Shown here: positions 63,381 to 64,000 of the stretch, piece after piece
Layout of the letters: every line of letters starts with the position of its first letter
Position numbering within the stretch: position 1 is the first letter of the stretch
Virus record (IMG/VR): IMGVR_UViG_3300004806_000019
Coordinates: 20,224 to 84,223 of that record
DNA: 64,000 bases
Strand: one strand, 5' to 3'
From: a virus
Notes under the pieces: model-generated
The model's database searches: none
The model's input: only the letters and a program-made list of their open reading frames with translations
Told to the model about the DNA's origin: nothing
Made by a program: the position numbers and the translations under genes

Positions 63381-63864
63381 CCCTGCTAATGAACACCTAC
63401 AGAAGCAAACCCTGACTATTCAGGTCTATGCTCCTGACCACCCAGATCGTACCACGACGCCGATTTTCAATCATACCAGGGACAAACTGATTGCTAATAA
63501 CCCGAACGCAAAGTGCTGGATCGACAATGAGCATTGTGACAAAGACAACCCGCTTGAATTGCACCATAGCGTCGTCGAGTGGTGTGACAGTACGGCTGTT
63601 GATTGGGCCAAAGTGGCTGTCCTTGTCCCTGAGTTCGACTGGAAATCTTTTGACCCGTCAAAACCAGAAACATTTATCGATTCCGAATGGAACGCTAACC
63701 TCGTCTTATGCAAGAAGCATCATGTCGGGGCTGACCACGGCATCCATATGATGCCATATCCGTTGTGGCGTTTGCAGAAGCTGAAGCTGGCGTCGTTTGT
63801 CTATTCGCCCGACGAAGAAGCCTTGGCAAACGCTGCCATTGGCGCTTTAAGCGCAGGATCATAA
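63373..63864 (+). CDS. HNH-like Zn-binding protein
   Basis: CWI...C....LELHH...LVLCKKHH...HGIH; GGAG SD. Confidence 0.6.
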   Translation: MTDPANEHLQKQTLTIQVYAPDHPDRTTTPIFNHTRDKLIANNPNAKCWIDNEHCDKDNPLELHHSVVEWCDSTAVDWAKVAVLVPEFDWKSFDPSKPETFIDSEWNANLVLCKKHHVGADHGIHMMPYPLWRLQKLKLASFVYSPDEEALANAAIGALSAGS

Positions 63865-64000
63865 CCCACCGTTTGTATCTCAGGAATTGCCACCCATGGG
63901 CGCGAAAGAGTTGTTTCTTCAGACCAATCGGCCGGCACAACCATCATTTCTTCGCCATAACGCTGGTGGCAAATGGCTTTGATGATGTTCGGCAAATCGT

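Noticed and set aside
63801-64000. Minus-strand ORF running in from the window edge
   Set aside because: Truncated, overlaps gene 63373 and has no motif, so it cannot be supported
1-64000. tRNA or rRNA genes
   Set aside because: Intergenic gaps are short and I saw no cloverleaf or T-loop signature; a tRNAscan run would be needed to exclude them

Overview
The whole window is the virion-morphogenesis and lysis arm of a tailed dsDNA phage with podovirus-like organisation. The host is probably Gram-negative, and the accessory gene families suggest an alphaproteobacterium (inference). Gene order on + is terminase large subunit (5'-truncated), portal, GroES-like co-chaperonin, scaffold, major capsid protein, small virion proteins, tail adaptors/fibres, a 21-blade RCC1 protein, a tail nozzle-like protein, four ejection-type proteins, a 3922-aa polyvalent protein (SF2 helicase, two methyltransferases, JAB domain) and a lysis cassette. 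A five-gene minus-strand cassette with two TPR-glycosyltransferases interrupts the head module. An HNH gene and a TnpB-only IS200/IS605-type element are also present. Best candidates for undescribed biology: (1) three small protein-like genes with Shine-Dalgarno-like sites overprinted in the +1 frame inside linkers of the giant polyvalent gene, whose domains are delimited by a repeated SGD[LV]R motif; (2) short peptide motifs (x-[AR]-x-GG and GAL[SN]) shared by many unrelated virion proteins; (3) a protein glycosylation/sulfation toolkit paired with a sequon-saturated, mosaic RCC1 triple propeller; (4) a membrane-anchored solute-binding-protein module inside the tail genes. All family calls come from motif recognition by eye; no database searches were run.
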